64,000 bases of DNA from Candidatus Bathyarchaeota archaeon. Lineage in GTDB: Archaea; Thermoproteota; Bathyarchaeia; TCS64. The stretch's first letter is position 1. Every line of letters begins with the position of its first letter. The stretch lies in the NCBI GenBank assembly GCA_963769425.1, contig CAVYLP010000005.1, positions 31,436-95,435 of the forward strand, in the 5' to 3' direction. Shown here piece by piece: positions 62,574 through 64,000 of the stretch. The position numbers and the translations under genes are program-made. Below the pieces are notes generated by a model that searched no databases, was not told the origin of the DNA, and was given only the letters and a program-made list of their open reading frames with translations.

Positions 62574-63136
62574 CGTTGTACTTCCTTCCATCGGTAGCAC
62601 TTGGTCAGGTGGTCGTTCACGAGGCCGGCGGCCTGCATGTAGGCGTAGCAGATTGTTGGGCCGACGAATGTGAAGCCCCGCTTCTTGAGGTCCTTGCTCA
62701 TGGCGCGGCTCTCCTCGGTCTCGGCGGGCATCTCCTTGAAGCTCGTGTATGTATTGATCTTCGGTTTGCCCCCGACAAAGCCCCAGATGTACCTGTCGAA
62801 GCTGCCGAACTCCTTCTGGACCTCTAAAAAGGCTCGGGCGTTCTTCACGGCGGCCTCAATCTTCCTGCGGTTTCGGATGATTCCGGGGTGTGCCATGATC
62901 CTCTCGGCGTCTGCGTCCGTGTAGGCTGCGACCTTCACGGGGTCGAAGTTATGGTACGCCACGCGGTAGGCTTCGCGCCTGTGCAGGACGGTGCTCCAGC
63001 TGAGTCCCGCCTGTACGCCTTCTAGGACTATGAACTCGAAGTGGAGGCGGTCGTCGTGTACGGGGACGCCCCACTCCTCGTCGTGGTAGGCCGTCATCTG
63101 TGGGTCGTCGGTGCCCCAGCCGCAGGTCTCCCTCAT
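62570..63136 (-). CDS. tag: DNA-3-methyladenine glycosylase I
   Basis: CGW...YHDEEWG, LEGVQAGLSW, IIRNRRKI, FVGPT, VNDHxxxC. Confidence 0.95.
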   Translation of the reverse strand: MRETCGWGTDDPQMTAYHDEEWGVPVHDDRLHFEFIVLEGVQAGLSWSTVLHRREAYRVAYHNFDPVKVAAYTDADAERIMAHPGIIRNRRKIEAAVKNARAFLEVQKEFGSFDRYIWGFVGGKPKINTYTSFKEMPAETEESRAMSKDLKKRGFTFVGPTICYAYMQAAGLVNDHLTKCYRWKEVQR

Positions 63137-63228
63137 GGGTTGAGGCAAGGCGGGTGGTCTCAAAAGGTTTACGCGTAGTCAAATCAACAATCTTAAATAT
63201 GTGGCTGTGATAAGCCTCTCAGACCATA

Positions 63229-64000
63229 ATGGCGAGCGCGAAGGAGATCAAGGAAGCAGTAAAGAAGAGATACACGGCTGTAGCCGAGTCGAGCAGCTGC
63301 GGGTGCGGAAGCAGCGGCTGTGGCTGCGGCAGCGAAGCGGAGAGCAGTAGCTGCTGCGGCGGCGGGGTCGACCCCATGCAGGCAGCTGAGATGATTGGGT
63401 ACAACGTCAAGGAGCTTGAGGAGATCCCGCAGGAGGCTATACTCGGCCTCGGATGCGGCTCTCCAATAGGTTATGTTGGGCTTAAGGCGGGGGAGACGGT
63501 GCTCGACCTCGGCAGCGGCGGGGGCATAGACGTTTTCCTCGCAGCCAAGAAGGTCGGGGCTGAAGGGAAGGCAATTGGCGTCGACATGAACGAGTCGATG
63601 ATCAGGAGGGCAAAGGAGGCCGCCGAGGAGTACGGCTTCAAGAACGTCGAGTTCCGCCTAGGAGAGATCGAGGAGATGCCCGTCGAGGACGCCACCGTCG
63701 ACGCGATAATCAGCAACTGTGTAATCAACCTCAGCCCCGACAAGGCGCAGGTCTTCCGCGAGGCGCACCGCGTCCTCAAGCCCGGGGGCAGGATAACCGT
63801 CAGCGACATAGTCACCGAGGGCAGGATACCCGAGGAGATCAGGAAGGATCTAGACTCGTGGGCGAGCTGCGTCTCGGGCGCCCTCCCCCAGGAGGAGTAC
63901 CTCAAGGACATAGAGGCAGCCGGCTTCCAGAAGCCGAAGATACTCAAGGAGTCCTTCTACGACACCAGCGAGTATGATATAGACTTCAAGGTGAAGAGCG
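63229..64000 (+). CDS. arsM: Arsenite S-adenosylmethionine methyltransferase (3' end beyond window; absent from ORF track)
   Basis: Manual translation from ATG 63229: CC, LGLGCGSP, VLDLGSGGG, SNCVINLSPDK, WASCVSGA. Confidence 0.92.
   Translation, partial: MASAKEIKEAVKKRYTAVAESSSCGCGSSGCGCGSEAESSSCCGGGVDPMQAAEMIGYNVKELEEIPQEAILGLGCGSPIGYVGLKAGETVLDLGSGGGIDVFLAAKKVGAEGKAIGVDMNESMIRRAKEAAEEYGFKNVEFRLGEIEEMPVEDATVDAIISNCVINLSPDKAQVFREAHRVLKPGGRITVSDIVTEGRIPEEIRKDLDSWASCVSGALPQEEYLKDIEAAGFQKPKILKESFYDTSEYDIDFKVKS

Overview
Archaeal chromosomal segment, most likely Bathyarchaeia (inferred from PolB1, A-type ATPase, a CdvA-like protein, TATA-box promoters and gene content). Main blocks: (1) 0-11 kb hydrolases, HtrA and regulators plus UDP-sulfoquinovose synthase; (2) 11-23 kb surface-glycan cluster with nonulosonic-acid genes and sugar N-acyl tailoring enzymes; (3) 26-37 kb membrane-bound group-4 [NiFe]-hydrogenase with a complete complex-I-like subunit set (NuoA,B,C,D,H,I,split J,K,N,L,M) and an intact Ni-binding site, followed by an A1-ATPase operon (F,H,E,A,B,D,C) lacking the a and c membrane subunits; (4) 44-57 kb peptide/amino-acid catabolism genes, a degenerate 21-bp tandem array, and a queT gene whose leader folds like a preQ1-II riboswitch pseudoknot with changed ligand-pocket bases; (5) 57-64 kb asnS, polB1, speB, tag, arsM. 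Ten genes segments carry +1 single-base insertions, almost certainly sequencing error. No rRNA, tRNA, CRISPR array or IS element was recognised. All family assignments come from motif recognition by eye; no database search was run.
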